DNA of 63,562 nucleotides, filler included, from Nemertoderma westbladi (GCA_032718475.1; 4 parts of 4 records of this genome joined end to end with filler, not necessarily neighbours in it), one strand, 5' to 3'. Positions 46,940 through 60,289 are shown, counted from the whole stretch's first letter. Translations and numbers: made by a program. Notes: generated from the sequence alone by a model not told the origin.

Positions 46940-49900
46940 ACCTCAGACAACGACGACATTACCCAATTATTCGACGAGGAAAATACAATCGACCTCCTCA
47001 ACGAGAGTGAAGTTTGGAGAAACCAAACACAACTGTGTCATCTTGTCAGTCATGTCGGACAATTCGACTATGTTACGAATTAAATGTAGCGATAGATCGA
47101 TACAACGATAAGATTCGCGATGAACACGCCGTAAGATTCTTTACTCAAGAAGCTGTAGAGCCTAATTCCTACGACAAGGCTCTATCTGTCGAGGAGGAAA
47201 GAGCCAAGCAGATACAGGAAACGACCACCCGTTTTCTCAAAGATCAAGGAATATATGAAATCGGTCTCCCTTTCCGACGACGAGAACCAAACTTTATCAA
47301 TAATAGACCTTTAGTGGAGAAGAGAATCGCGCAACTACATCGGCGTCTTACGGCCAATGCTTTAGCGAAAGAGATGTACCAGACACAGCTGAAGAAATTC
47401 ATCGATAAGGGATATGCGGAGCGAGTACCAGAAGAAACACCCGTAACCGAGAGAACGTATTATCTAACACATCATTACGTTCCCAAACCCGGTAAACCCA
47501 ACGAAGTCCGGGTAGTATTCGACGGCTCCGCCCTTTACATGGGTCAATCCCTTAATTCTGAGTTGTTGCAGGGACCCAACTTACTCCAATCTTTGTTGGG
47601 AATACTCTTAAGATTACGGCAATATTCTATCGCTTTTGCCTCAGATATAGAAGGCATGTTCTTACAAGTTAAGGCGCTGGATAGGGATCGAGACAGCCTA
47701 CGATTTCTGTGGTGGCCTGAAGGAGACCTCAACCAAAAACCGGTAGAGTACTGGATGACCATCCAAGCTTTTGGGATCATCTCGAGCCCCACGAATGCTT
47801 GTTCAGTAGTGCGTACCACTGCTGATGACAACCGAGACGCCTTCTCTAAAGCAGTTATCGACAACATCAAACGGGATATATACATGGACGATAATTTAAA
47901 GTCCCTCCCATTGGTGGAAGAAGCCATTGATGTTGCCAAGGGAACGGTAGAGTGTTTGAAATGCGGTGGATTTCGACGAACCAAATTCACTAGCAACTCC
48001 CGTGAGATTCTGGAATCGATCCCGGTGGAAGACCGAGGGGTTAAAGACCTGGACCTTATCAAGGACGATCTTCCGGAAACCAAGATGCTTGGTTTGAAAT
48101 GGGACACAGAGAGAGATATCCTGTTTTTCCATCTAAAACGGCGAGATAATCCAGTTCAAACCAAACGGATTTGTCTGAGTATCCTGAGCACTTATTTCGA
48201 TCCATTGGGATTTATTAGCCCCGTTATATTGGTTGCTCGGAGTTTAGTATAACAAATGTGGCTTGAAAACCACTCGTGGGACGATCCACTTAAGGGAGAA
48301 CTACTGAAGAAATGGATGAAATGGGAAGATTCTCTACCATCCATCGAGAACTTTACGATTTCCCGTTCCTACTTTGGTCACGTTCTCCCCACGTATTCCT
48401 ATCAACTCCATGTGTTTGGAGACGACAGTGATAGGGGAATAGGTATAGCAGCCTACCTGAGAGTTGAAACTCCTGATGGAATTAAAGTTGCCTTGGTTAC
48501 CTCTAAGGCCTTGATAAACAACAAACTACGAGTTCCTCGATCGGAGTTAAAGGCGGCTCTATACGCTACAGCCATCGGCCGGAATGTAACAGAACAGATT
48601 GACTATCCACTGGAGAAAACTGTCTATTGGACTGATGTTTTACTCGTTTTGGAGTATATAACCAATAAAGTCTGTCAGTTCAGCGTCTTCGTTACCAACA
48701 GAGTAGCCATTATACTTAGTCGCACTAATGTAGATCAATGGAGACATTGCCCTGGGACGATTAATCCAGCCGACATAGCCTCCAGAGGAGCTACTCCTCA
48801 AGAACTGATAGATACTCCGGACTGGTTAGGTGGACCCGACTTCCTAAGTAAAGAGGAAGATGAATGGCCTCCTCATCTTACCACGGCTGAGATTAGACAA
48901 GCCAAGGGAGCGGAGAAAGTCAAACCTAAAACCCGTACGAGTAAATCAAAGTTATTTAAACCCGTGATAGATCTGTCTGTACTACGCATTTCCGGGGAAG
49001 ACGCTGTGGATCTAAACTCCCCCGCCACAAATAAATCTGTTGTGGAGATTAGAGAGAGAGACTGGAAATCTGGAACACCAGACATCTCGCAGGGACTCTC
49101 ACCTCTTCTGCAGAGAGCGATCAATCACTATAGCTCCTGGAATCGGCTTTGTAAGGCCGTCGTATATTTGAAGCGATGCTTCCATTATCATTACTCCAGG
49201 ACGAAGATCGCTAGTGATGCCGCTCCACTGACATCTGCGCAGGTCCATACCATTAAAGATCTTCCCAAATATAAGGTATCGGAGCGGTTTCTGACGGAGA
49301 AGATCAGCTACCAGGAGCATGAAGAAACCAATAAGCAGATACTGAGACTCCTGCAATGCTATGAAGATTCCGATAAGTATTTCCTGTTGTTGAGAAATCC
49401 ACAGATGCGCTTACGGGATCGTTTTTCTAGTACAATGATAGATGGGTTAATATGCGTTGGAGAAAGACTAACTAATGCTCCATTATCCTTTGACACTAAG
49501 TTTCCCATACTCATTAGAAATCTTGAAATACAAATCAAGATGATTGTAGATGTTCACAGTAGGCTTTACCATGCTGGTAGAGAACGAGTTATTAGCGAAA
49601 TTCGAACTCGCTATTGTTTTCATAAACCCCGTAGAGCTCTGAACCAAGTTCTTAGGAACTGCATACCCTGTAGAAAAACATTCTGTAGGCCTTTAACACA
49701 GCGAGAGGCAGAATTACCTAGGGAACGAGTAAGCTTCTATGAACCACCCTTTACTAATACCGGTGTGGATTTATTTGGCCCTATTGAAGTATATCGTGCT
49801 AGGACTATAGTTAAGCGATGGTGTGTCATATTTGTCTGTATGACTTGTAGAGCGATCCATCTAGACATGGTGAACGATCTATCTACCAACAGCTTCATAC

Positions 49901-50439
49901 TAAGTTTACGCCGACAGATCGCTTGCTTTGGAACTAGCAACACGATGAGATCTGATAAGGGTACGAACTTCATTGGCGCCAATAATAAGATCAGGGCTTA
50001 CGTTAAAGAATGGAACCAAAGACAGGTGGACGATCAGCTAAGGGTAACAGCATCCTGCTGGACCTTCAACGCCGCCGACGCCCCTTGGTGGGGAGGAAGT
50101 TGGGAGAGATTAATACGGATCGTAAAGACCGCATTTCACTTTATAGTGCCGTGCCGCGCGTATCTCACCGATGAACTTTTGCGGACGTTAATGGAGGAGA
50201 TCGCCGCCTATCTTAACAAGAGACCGCTTATGCCAGTCTCATCGAGTCCCGACTCCCTAGAAGCGCTAACACCCACGCATTTCCTACTGAAGAAACCTGT
50301 AGCCATGCTTCCACGATCGGAAATCACAGACGGAGACGAATACTGCCGACAAGACAAGAGTCGACAAGAGTCGTGGGAAGATACTCTTCCAACGACCACC
50401 TCCCTAATCCAACAAACATCTAGGGACTCCCCAACGTAA
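46940..50439 (+). mobile_element. BEL/Pao LTR retrotransposon pol (RT-RNaseH-integrase), 5'-truncated, one in-frame stop
   Basis: VRVVFDGS, SLNSELLQGPNL, DIEGMFLQV, YMDD, FDPLG, LHVFGD, NPADIASRG, H..G..CxxC, TGVDLFGP, SDKGTNF, APWWGGSWERLI; TAA at 48250-48252 joins two same-frame ORFs. Confidence 0.96.
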
Positions 50440-50959
50440 CAGCGTACGGAGTGGGTGTGTGACTATACTATTTTATATTTTTTTATTATTTTTATATTTC
50501 TGTATGTATTATTATGTAATTTTATCATAATCGTTTTCTTTGATTTTATTTAGTAGAATGTTATTTTAGCGATTATTTAGTAGACTAGTGCAATATATAT
50601 TCGCGTTTATTACTTAATTACTTATATTATATATTAGTGCAACAGCAAGAAATAATTCTTTTTCTCTTTCCTTATTGTCCGTATCATATTATAAATGCGT
50701 GACTACAGTAAGATGAAATGTCCTTACTTATTAAAGTTCACTAAAGCTCCTACTATATTCAAGTATTATTGGTAAGTAGAGTATTAGGAATGCAAAGTTC
50801 AGATCCTCATGTCTCAGCTAAACCAAGCTCTGGGTAGACCTTGGAAACGACTTGTCTCTTCTCACTGACATTGCTTCGTGCGATATTGCTCTCATATCGT
50901 ATATTAAATAATACATATAGTAGTGTGATGTCCCTTTAACAGTAGCGTACAACGCAAAA

Positions 50960-51300
50960 TAAATCTGTTAAACCCTTTGACCATCTGTAATTCTAGTCAA
51001 TTAAGATATCGCGACAACCACCGATATACTTGAGAGACAAAATTCTAGAATCAGTGGTTAACATCCCCAGACAAGTTCTGGAATAAATTGGTGCCCATCT
51101 TAAATATTACATAATTAATATTTATAAAAATCTATAAATCAAAATCTGTTAAAATTTAGATCCTTTAAAATTCTAGTCAATTAAGATATCGTACCACTTA
51201 CCGATACTCTTAAAAGGACAAATTTCCTAGAATTAAAGATAATAGTCCCCAGACATGTTCTGGAATAAAATTGTGTCTATTTTAATATTAAATAATAAAA
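50960..51300. repeat. two diverged 180-bp direct repeats downstream of BEL pol
   Basis: AATTCTAGTCAATTAAGATATCG and CCCCAGACA.GTTCTGGAATAAA recur 180 bp apart. Confidence 0.8.
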
Positions 51301-52111
51301 TTTACGGGAATAAATTTAAATTTAAATTCATGTCCTCTCATAAATTCGATAAATTGTTATTTTATACAATTTATAACATTCCCAAAATGCTATTAATTAA
51401 TAGATCATGGTAGCGGAGATTCACCCTATTAAGTATATTAGCGTGAGAGAATCTCCAATATATAGTCAATAGCCGATAAAATTCATAAAATCATGTATAA
51501 AGGGGAATATTGACAATTAAAGAATTACTATTAAATAGCATCCCAGATCTGTATGCATGAGAATTACTCCAATTCTACTGCTAGCTTTCCATAATGTCAC
51601 CATAGCAACAGCCACGCTAGAATTAGAAGCGAGTTAAAAGAACAATAAAAGCTTGCCCATTGAATAGCATACAAAATAAATAGCACACTGCTGGTATCCA
51701 GGGATACATAATAATAACGTGACATTCTGGAAGGCACTTGACTAACGGACAAATGACCCGGATGTGTGACAGAATGTGTACAATTTGTGACAGTTGTGTG
51801 GAATTTGTGCGTTTATAGGTTAATGTTACTACTAAAGTGTGTTTACAGTAGCGAGTCGCAGTTGTGAAAGTAGCCCTACCTCTGTAGCAAGAACCTGAAG
51901 TAAATCTAGGCCCTTGGGACGGACAGTGGAGTGACTCGCGCTGAGTATTGTTGTCGTTGTGTAGCTACTACGTTGGCGAAAGGCACAGCGGCGACAGTAC
52001 ATTGCGCTGTCCGGGGGCATCGAGGGGTAGGCAGCGAAGACCGCTAGCCTGAATATAATTGATTATAATATTGATAAACTCATATAGCAACGATGACTGA
52101 GTTGATAGAAG

Positions 52112-53593
52112 ATGATCTTGGTATCAGGGATCCTGCCGTTGCAAGTGTTTGTTGATAGCTTAATACGCGGCAACGCTAGTCCAGCTACTACGGAGGACGA
52201 TGGTCGTTATATAGAACTGCCAATGTCAAAGAAACAACTCACGCGTGAATTGGACTATAGAAGATTCACCGCTTGCTATACGCATCGTAATGAAATGGAA
52301 ATGGTTCTATTTAAATATCATACCCAGCGGAGGCGGAACGATAAACTGAGAATCGAACATGAGAATTCTATTCAAAACCAACTCGAAAGAGAAGTTGTTG
52401 AAGAACCAGATAAACACAGTGACTTCAACGAATATCTGGAATTCTTGAGAGAAACATATCTCAACATCGCCAGTCAACAAAATCTCGAATCTCGATATCC
52501 TCAAGGTATACATCATGACACTATGATAGAACTCAAACGAATCTATTTCACTATGATGTATCTTACCGCAGATCGACCGCTACCTGTGGCACCGGATAGC
52601 TTCGAACAGATGGAGGAATATTGTAAAAATGGAGAAAGATCACTCGCGTTTCCCCTACAAGACGTGCGTCTTTGGTATTATTGCGATGAATGCCATAGAC
52701 CCAACCAACAAACGGAAAGACATAAACATCCACGGAGACTTTGCGCTGAACACGGTTTTACTTGCTATACTTATGGGAGTTTCGAGCGAAACTTGTTCGA
52801 CATATCACCTAAGCTGGTTCAACTCAAAAGATCCTTAAATAAACCGATGATCAGAGTTCCGGAATACTCGATCAGACCTCCTCATTCCCTAATGAGACCC
52901 CAGACTCTTGATCCTAATAGTGTCACGGATCCTCCCAAATTGTACTCACTGTTCAAAGATCTGGTGTTACCCGAACAATTAATCGGTGGCACTCCGGTAG
53001 TGGGCTCGCTAGATATTCGCCCATCCTACCTAACCAAATTGGGACGCGGACATTTAATATCGCCGTTTAACCCGTATAATCGTCCCGGTTTAACCCCGAT
53101 ACAACCCGTCACCAAGGTGGAGGAGAGCGTTGTACAAAATGTGTTAGACGCTATTCTACAAAAGATCAGAAAGGGAACCTACGCTTGTTCAGATAAACGT
53201 AAATTGCAGCAGCAAGTCCAAGCGGTAAACGAATTAGCTTTATCTCAGTTCGATCGGGAAATCCAGAATCACTAAGAAGTTATCGAACTTGGACGACCCT
53301 ATTCTCTGCGAGAGTTTTTGGACGAACGCATCCAACGACAAGCGGGGGAAAATCAGCTCGAGGAGAAGCATATCGAAATGGACGAGACACTGATCGTAAC
53401 CCTAAACCTTCTCATGCAATTGTATTGCACCCTTCACCCAGGAGTTGTGGCCCTCCTAGCAAAGTGGCTCGCCCCAAAGAGAAAAGGACTCTTGCTAGCC
53501 TCAAAAAACTTCGTAAACGCCTTTCACGTAAGAAGGACTGGTAGTTTAGAGTATTCTTATATTTTAGAAACTGTGATTTTGTATATTTTATAG
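52112..53593 (+). CDS. orphan protein with a Cys/His cluster, possibly a BEL accessory ORF; one internal TAA
   Basis: the 387-aa ORF and the 91-aa ORF at 53318 are in the same frame, separated by a single TAA (53273-53275); motif YYCDECHR..HKH.RRLCAEHGFTC. Confidence 0.55.
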
Positions 53594-55234
53594 ACTCAAA
53601 TCCCATTTTCTGGGAGCGGTGTAAAAGCTTTTGCGGACATAACAAGCCATTTTTCTCCGCAATATAAGGTGTAGGTATTTTAGCGGACATAACAAGCGAT
53701 TTTACCCGCTATGTCTGCATGTGTGCTTTAACGGACATAAAAAGCCATTTTTTCCGCAATCGCATAATACTCTAAAGATCGGAGCTCAGATGACGACATC
53801 TATCAGCTGTGTCTACGTGGAGCTTTTTACGTGGAGCTTTTGGTTCTTTGTTCGGCTCAGCCAATTCAGCCAATCAGAGCGATTTTCATTTTATGTGTGC
53901 TTTAGCCTTATGTAAACCGTGCTAGGCAAGTCAGTGTTAGTGTTTATCTTTCCAAGCAGCAGAACATCGGCTTGGAAATTCTTCTGTACTTATGTGGAAG
54001 TTTCAGACTTTAGCTAACATCAGATGCTTTGATTACAAGAACGTAAAACTATTAACGCAACACAACACACTGCATCAGTAACACATACTGACTGTTCACC
54101 GCATTATTTTACTTCTGTTATTAATTATTGTTAATTGGTGTATATTGCTGATATATTTGGAGAATACCGATGAATAATCATAAACCCCAATCTTCTTGAT
54201 TACTGAAGGTTAAAGGAACAGGTTTACCGGTAGCAACTGCGACTTACATTATAGTGGTTTTTGTGTGAATTAAATGCTATTTCATAAACCCTACATGTGT
54301 CAGTTGCGATCCTCCTTATATATGATCAAATTCAGTGACGGTCGGCAGATCCGTGTGAAGTAGTGTGAAGCCGTGTGAAGTAGTGTGATGGTTAATAAAG
54401 CATCTCTTAAAGAATGCGCCTTTTACGAAACTTAGTAGCCATCCAGTTGTGATTAGTATAAGTCATAACTCTGTTTTTATACTTAAAGCGCCACGTCCTA
54501 AAGGAACTGTTAATATTTCCCCGAAAGTAAATATATTGTCAGAGATTATATAGTAACGATCAATCGAATAATACAGTAGGTCTACACCGCAATCACTATC
54601 AAAGCATCCGAATCCAGTCTCCCTTAACTGTGGGTGAATGGTCGCGCACAGGCTGGCTTCGGCTGATGTAACTTCAGTACATTAAATAATTGATATACAA
54701 AAAGACAATTAAAATTGGCAGGTTAAACTGCTAAAGGTCTAAAAGCGCGAACAGAATATAATATGATATAACGTATCTCATTTCAATAATAAAAGACAGA
54801 CACCCAACACCAGATAATCAGAAGGCCTAATACTGTATAAGGCATGGAAGAAGGACCAGTTGATAGGTCAGTAAGAAGCAAGCCCGTGGTACAGCTTGCA
54901 TATCAGGTATATGGTACCCAATGATTGTCGCGACACCTAACTACCGATTACTGCACTATATCCAATATAATTATGATTAGTGGCCTTTGCTGATTAGCAT
55001 TATTTTTATGTTGTAAAGTAAAGTACGTTCTAAATACTATACCACTCATATCATGTTTACTAGAAAAGCCAGCAAGCTAGCTATAAATAGACCGTCCATT
55101 AACGTAGTTTAGTTGGGTCCTTCCCCAATGTACAGCTTTGCTTACAGTCTGAGAGAGATAGACACCTTGCACCATTCTTATTAGTAATTAATGTTGATTA
55201 TCTTCCACGCCTTTCCTTAGATCATCTTATCAAA

Positions 55235-55492
55235 GATGGGGTGATGGTAAACCCCTACTGGCACAAGAAGTAGAATAAATCCATTAAAGTACCTAACTGA
55301 TATAGACTTTGCTGATGACTTAGGGGTGCTGTCAAAATCACTAGAGGGAGCCCAACGGCTCCTCAGCTCATTAGAACAGGATGCATCTAGTGTTGAACTT
55401 TTTGTAAATTCAAAGAAGACCAAAATCATGACTACAGTCAACCTGGACAGCCCTCACATGTCTGATCGTAAGGGCATAAGCTCAAAGGATGG
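55235..55492 (+). mobile_element. older diverged RTE LINE fragment cut by the RTEX-like insertion
   Basis: YLTDIDFADDLGVLSKSLEGAQRLLSSLE, similar to 62700-62960. Confidence 0.85.
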
Positions 55493-55784
55493 TATTATTA
55501 TTATTATGTTTAATTTCGTGCAGGAACATTAATGTAAACATTATGTAGCACCGCACAACTCTACTGTAGGCTACTACTGTATCTATAAACTAATATAAAG
55601 CAACTACAGTACCTAGCAGCTAGCACAATGTACTGTAAGAATGAGACGTTATTAATGGGCGCACCCAAAAAAAGAAAAGGAATGTAGAAACTATCGGCCA
55701 TAAGTTAATAATGAAATACCAAAGTGTTCATAAATTGTATAGATTGAAAAGAGAATAGAGTACAAATTACTAGTTGGATATAGG

Positions 55785-58649
55785 TTAGTTTTCATAGACC
55801 CCTAAAACAATATTCCAGCGAGATCTAAGCGTAGACATACCAATAGAGTTACAGGTACGAAGTATAGGATTTGAAGATATTGAAACACGATGTAACAGTG
55901 AAAAAATAGCAGTACGACAAATTGATTTAAAAGTATTGATACGGTTCAAACAAAATAAAGTGTTGGCGTCTTCGGTACTACAATATGGAAATAATTGACG
56001 GAAAGCGTAATTGTAAGCTACCTTTAATCTACGTAAGGATTCAACACGAAACACAGACCATAGAGAACAACAGTATAAGTTATAACAATAAGTTTTGAAA
56101 ATAATGGATTTTATAGGTAAAGAGCATTTATTAAACGTTCTGGCTAATTGATTACCACGACAATATAAGGTTGATTTCAAACGCTTAATGTCAGGTTCAT
56201 CAGATAGGTTGCAACAGAGGGTATGCCCTAAGTAACAGTATTCTAGAACACAAGGGAGGATCATACCACAAAGGTATACGTCACCAGCTCGTCCAAATTG
56301 TGAAGGGATAAAATACATACACTTTGATTTAACGAAATTAAACATAACATCAAATTTAGCACCATAATCTTCACAAATTTTAAGTAAAGACCGTAAACCA
56401 AAAATACTGGGAGCCATTAAACTTAGATCATCGGCATACAATAGATGGTTGATTACAATATTACCAACCTTACAACCTGCAGGACATTTGTTCAATAAAA
56501 TACTTAAGTCATTCAAGTATATGTTAAATAGAAGAGGAGAAAGCAAACTACCCTGTCGTACACCATTACATACAGTGAAGGGTACGCTTGTTGCGCTGCC
56601 CCAACGTACCGCTAGCAATTGATTGGTATACCAAAAATATAGTAAACGTATTACACCAAGGGGAACTTTAAGATAAATTAACTTTTTAAAAAGTTTTACA
56701 TAATTAACACGGTCGAATGCCTTAGAAGCATCCAAAAAAGCTGTAAAAGCAGGGGTGTCTCTAGATACAAAATAATGGACTGTCTCTTTAAATGCAAAAA
56801 TACAGGTTTCAGTACCAAGACCGGGTTGAAATCCAAACTGGTTCGGCGTGATATCCACACAATTCGTAATTAGCATAAGGAAGCAAAACTCTAACAACTT
56901 GGAACAAGCATTAGATGTGGCTATAGGTCTATAATTTAACTGATCAGTAAGTTTATTGTTCTTATTTTTAACGATAGGCATTAAGTGACTGGTAATTAAC
57001 GAGACTGGCAAAAACCCATGTGAAATAAATGAATTGAATAGTAAACTAAGAACAACCGCCAATCGACACCCTGCATAATACCAGCACTCAGGCGCCAACT
57101 GGTCTGGCCCAGAAGCCTTACCAAGTTTAAGACTAGCTAAAGCCTCTTCCACATTCCTTGGGAAAATATGGATTCTATCAGATCCATCCCAAGTTTCAAA
57201 CTTACTCTTTAAGAATGTAACGTCAGCCAAATCAGGCTCTACACTATTATACGTAGATTCGTAGCCATTACTAAACAAATTGGCAATGTCCTCATCATTG
57301 TGGGCATTACCTATGATATTAGCACGTGGAACTTTTGTGTTACAGTGTTTTTGGGCGCAGTGCCAAAAATCCTTGCTGGAAGACAGGAACGACTGAGCTA
57401 ACTTGTCATTTCTTATTGTTGCTTCATTTTTTCTACAATTTTTCAGCGCCAGTTTATACTGCGCGCAACTTTTACGTTTTAATTCCCATAGAATTCCAGA
57501 GCGAGGTTTACCGTTATCCCTCCAGTGTTGAGAAGCTTCAATAGAGGCTTCGCGCTTCTCCTTAACGAAGTCGTTCCAGCCAGGAATATGGACCCGCTTG
57601 TTATTACTACAATTACCGGAAGAAGTTACTGGTATATGGATATCAGTGGCGGTGCTGAAAATATTACAGATTTCAGTGTAACAATTATCAAGCGCCCGTA
57701 AATGGACAACATTACTACAATGAACATCACAGCAGATTATACTATCGAGAGGCAGAATCAAGTTGGAAAGATAGTCATTAACTTGATTTGTATAATTAAA
57801 AATGTTATTGGGCAATGCCTTGCTCCAATTAGGTACCGCAGTAAACTTGGGCTCACGATCAGCACAGCAGTGCTCCACTGAGCCCATGTTTATGTTGGTA
57901 TCCATAGAAACCGGTATATGATCACTACCTACCAAATTATATAAAAGCGAAATTTTAGATATAGAGGTATGAAAATCGTTACTAGAAATAATGTGATCAA
58001 GCCACGAGACAGAACCGTGGGCTGAACTAATAAATGAGAAGGAATCAGTGGGTAATACAATTTTGTCTGAAAATGTAAGACCTGAAAAATTACAAAAACA
58101 CTCCAGATCTTTACCAAAAGTATTAGCAGGGTTGGCGTTGAAATCGCCAATAATACAACTACGGCTACCGGGGTATTCGGTAACGATACCATGGCATTTA
58201 CCCAGTAAAGAACTAAATAAATCACGATTAATAGGTGAGTCACATGGAGCATATATGTTAATAAAAAGCACCAAATTACCATCCGAGGTAGCTACTGTGC
58301 AACCCAGGAGACGCTCATCGTCATATTGTATACAAGTTACTAAGTGAGATATGGACTTTCTCCATAAGATAGCTAGACCCCCAAAGGGACGACCAGACCG
58401 GGGACCATCTGATAAGTCTACCGAGGAAACCCCATACCCAAGAAATTCCGGATGTATAGAATTGAGTTTACTTAAGTCTTGCTTATAGAGCCACGTCTCT
58501 TGGAGAAATACAAGGTCATGTGAGTTACATAGGTCGAGAATAACCACACCGTTGTTATTCAAACCCGAACAGTTATATGTACAAACTCTAAGTGGGGCCT
58601 GTATTGGATCCATTGCGATTTGCTGAGTCACGACGAGGGCGCGAAACAA
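55785..58649 (-). CDS. non-LTR retrotransposon ORF2 (APE endonuclease + RT), RTEX-like, intact
   Basis: 954 aa; TYNC.G, LQETW, GDFN, LDH, SDH; IPGWN..W...GKPRSG; YRPI, QFGF, FLDASKAFD, GVRQG, YADD; (TAA)n tail near 55493-55506. Confidence 0.93.
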   Translation of the reverse strand: MFRALVVTQQIAMDPIQAPLRVCTYNCSGLNNNGVVILDLCNSHDLVFLQETWLYKQDLSKLNSIHPEFLGYGVSSVDLSDGPRSGRPFGGLAILWRKSISHLVTCIQYDDERLLGCTVATSDGNLVLFINIYAPCDSPINRDLFSSLLGKCHGIVTEYPGSRSCIIGDFNANPANTFGKDLECFCNFSGLTFSDKIVLPTDSFSFISSAHGSVSWLDHIISSNDFHTSISKISLLYNLVGSDHIPVSMDTNINMGSVEHCCADREPKFTAVPNWSKALPNNIFNYTNQVNDYLSNLILPLDSIICCDVHCSNVVHLRALDNCYTEICNIFSTATDIHIPVTSSGNCSNNKRVHIPGWNDFVKEKREASIEASQHWRDNGKPRSGILWELKRKSCAQYKLALKNCRKNEATIRNDKLAQSFLSSSKDFWHCAQKHCNTKVPRANIIGNAHNDEDIANLFSNGYESTYNSVEPDLADVTFLKSKFETWDGSDRIHIFPRNVEEALASLKLGKASGPDQLAPECWYYAGCRLAVVLSLLFNSFISHGFLPVSLITSHLMPIVKNKNNKLTDQLNYRPIATSNACSKLLEFCFLMLITNCVDITPNQFGFQPGLGTETCIFAFKETVHYFVSRDTPAFTAFLDASKAFDRVNYVKLFKKLIYLKVPLGVIRLLYFWYTNQLLAVRWGSATSVPFTVCNGVRQGSLLSPLLFNIYLNDLSILLNKCPAGCKVGNIVINHLLYADDLSLMAPSIFGLRSLLKICEDYGAKFDVMFNFVKSKCMYFIPSQFGRAGDVYLCGMILPCVLEYCYLGHTLCCNLSDEPDIKRLKSTLYCRGNQLARTFNKCSLPIKSIIFKTYCYNLYCCSLWSVFRVESLRRLKVAYNYAFRQLFPYCSTEDANTLFCLNRINTFKSICRTAIFSLLHRVSISSNPILRTCNSIGMSTLRSRWNIVLGVYEN

Positions 58650-59820
58650 AGTACTTCTTTACTAACACCCCTTCCGGCCATGACTCGCATTCGAGAAGTT
58701 TATTAGAATCCGCCTGGTTAGCGCAACTTACAATGAAAGAGTTGTAAGAATTGTCATTCTTGTCAGGGTTCTCCGTAACGAGAGCGACTATATCATGGTT
58801 ATCTTTAATGAAAGCGACAATCTCTTCTGAGGTTACTGTGGAGTCCAGTCTTGATATGAAAACCCGATTGTTAGAGGAAGATGGCTTCTTGGCCACCTGG
58901 AGGGCGGTAAAGTTGCCAGTACCAACTCTGGCTGGTGGCCGATTTCTCTCTTTCCGGTTACGAACGAGAGTAAACCCGTCGGGTACCTGAATGTCAGGTG
59001 GACCACCACGCCCGGTAACAGAACCGCTTGGTGGAGGAACGGTAGACATAGACGGGGGTTGTTGTAAAACGACATTAGAATACAATGGTGCTGGCGGAGC
59101 CGTTACAATGCTCGAAGATTCAGTAGGAAAAGGAGGAGATGCAGGAGATCTGTTCGCAGTCGCTCCATAAGTAGAAGTATTCATGGAAATAATACTTCCT
59201 GCAACATTGCAGAATCGAGAAGTGTCGCCAGTTGCACCGGCAACAGACAAAGCATTAACGGTAGCCAAGGCACACTTCATCGCTGTTTTCACTTCGACTA
59301 ATTCAGCACGGGTCACAGTGTTCTTAAGAGCTTCAACATGACCAGACACCGTTTGATGTAGGTCGTTTACAAGGCTGTTGAGGTTCCTGAGTTCCTCCGC
59401 CTGGACCATGTCGTGAATGGAACGTTTATCTGAAGACGGAAGTCTTGAGGGATCAAGCGCAAAGAAGGTTGGTCGAGAGTCGGAGTCGACGAAGGCACTC
59501 TCTTGGAAAACGGCGTAGATATCACAAGCATGAGCCTGGGATTTCTTTTTACCGATGCGTCCGATCCAGGCAGGTAGAGGACGGTCAGGAACTGCGCAAC
59601 TCACAGCCTCTGAGTAGAGTAGTTGCTTCGCCGCCAGAATTTCCTCTCCAGAGTAAAAGTGGCAAATAACGGAAATCAAAGAAGATTTATTCAACCTTGA
59701 CATTTCATACTGAATGAAACAAAGTAGCTCGTTGCGGATCAGTTGCGAGCGACCGGAACCAATCGACCGGAAGCAAAGAAGCGTCACCAAGGGGGGTAAC
59801 ATCGTTATCGTTAATGCCAT
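58588..59820 (-). CDS. non-LTR retrotransposon ORF1
   Basis: 410 aa; NELLCFI...FYS.EEI..AK.LL N-terminal domain, coiled coil, RRM-like VFISRL...SF...WPEGVLVKKY; overlaps the ORF2 start. Confidence 0.85.
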   Translation of the reverse strand: MALTITMLPPLVTLLCFRSIGSGRSQLIRNELLCFIQYEMSRLNKSSLISVICHFYSGEEILAAKQLLYSEAVSCAVPDRPLPAWIGRIGKKKSQAHACDIYAVFQESAFVDSDSRPTFFALDPSRLPSSDKRSIHDMVQAEELRNLNSLVNDLHQTVSGHVEALKNTVTRAELVEVKTAMKCALATVNALSVAGATGDTSRFCNVAGSIISMNTSTYGATANRSPASPPFPTESSSIVTAPPAPLYSNVVLQQPPSMSTVPPPSGSVTGRGGPPDIQVPDGFTLVRNRKERNRPPARVGTGNFTALQVAKKPSSSNNRVFISRLDSTVTSEEIVAFIKDNHDIVALVTENPDKNDNSYNSFIVSCANQADSNKLLECESWPEGVLVKKYFVSRPRRDSANRNGSNTGPT

Positions 59821-59904
59821 CAGTTAGTAGAGAGTTGAAGTCGTCGTCATCAGAGTGATTAGTGTCTATACCTTCCAGATGACCCTGGGGTGTCAAAGAA
59901 GAAC

Positions 59905-60004
59905 NNNNNNNNNNNNNNNNNNNNNNNNNNNNNNNNNNNNNNNNNNNNTTAATTAATTAANNNNNNNNNNNNNNNNNNNNNNNNNNNNNNNNNNNNNNNN
60001 NNNN
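59905..60004. other. assembly spacer
   Basis: 100-bp N run with TTAATTAATTAA. Confidence 0.98.
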
Positions 60005-60289
60005 TATACAATACATTCTCACTAATTTTCCTGTCGGGCCAATATCTACATCGACGTAGTACTTTAACAGTAAATGGTGGTTGAGCCTTGGGTGTCCACG
60101 GTGGGCGAATTTTTTTTAACCTGTGCAGCTACAAATGCCGCTAAATCCACGCTAAAGCCGCTATAGCAGGTACCACTTTTACGGCGATTATCCAGATATT
60201 ATCTTATAAAAATAGCGGGATATTAGCAGGATGGTAATCAAGCTATTAGCGTGCTATTCGCTGGATACGTATTTGCTGGGATGTCTCAT

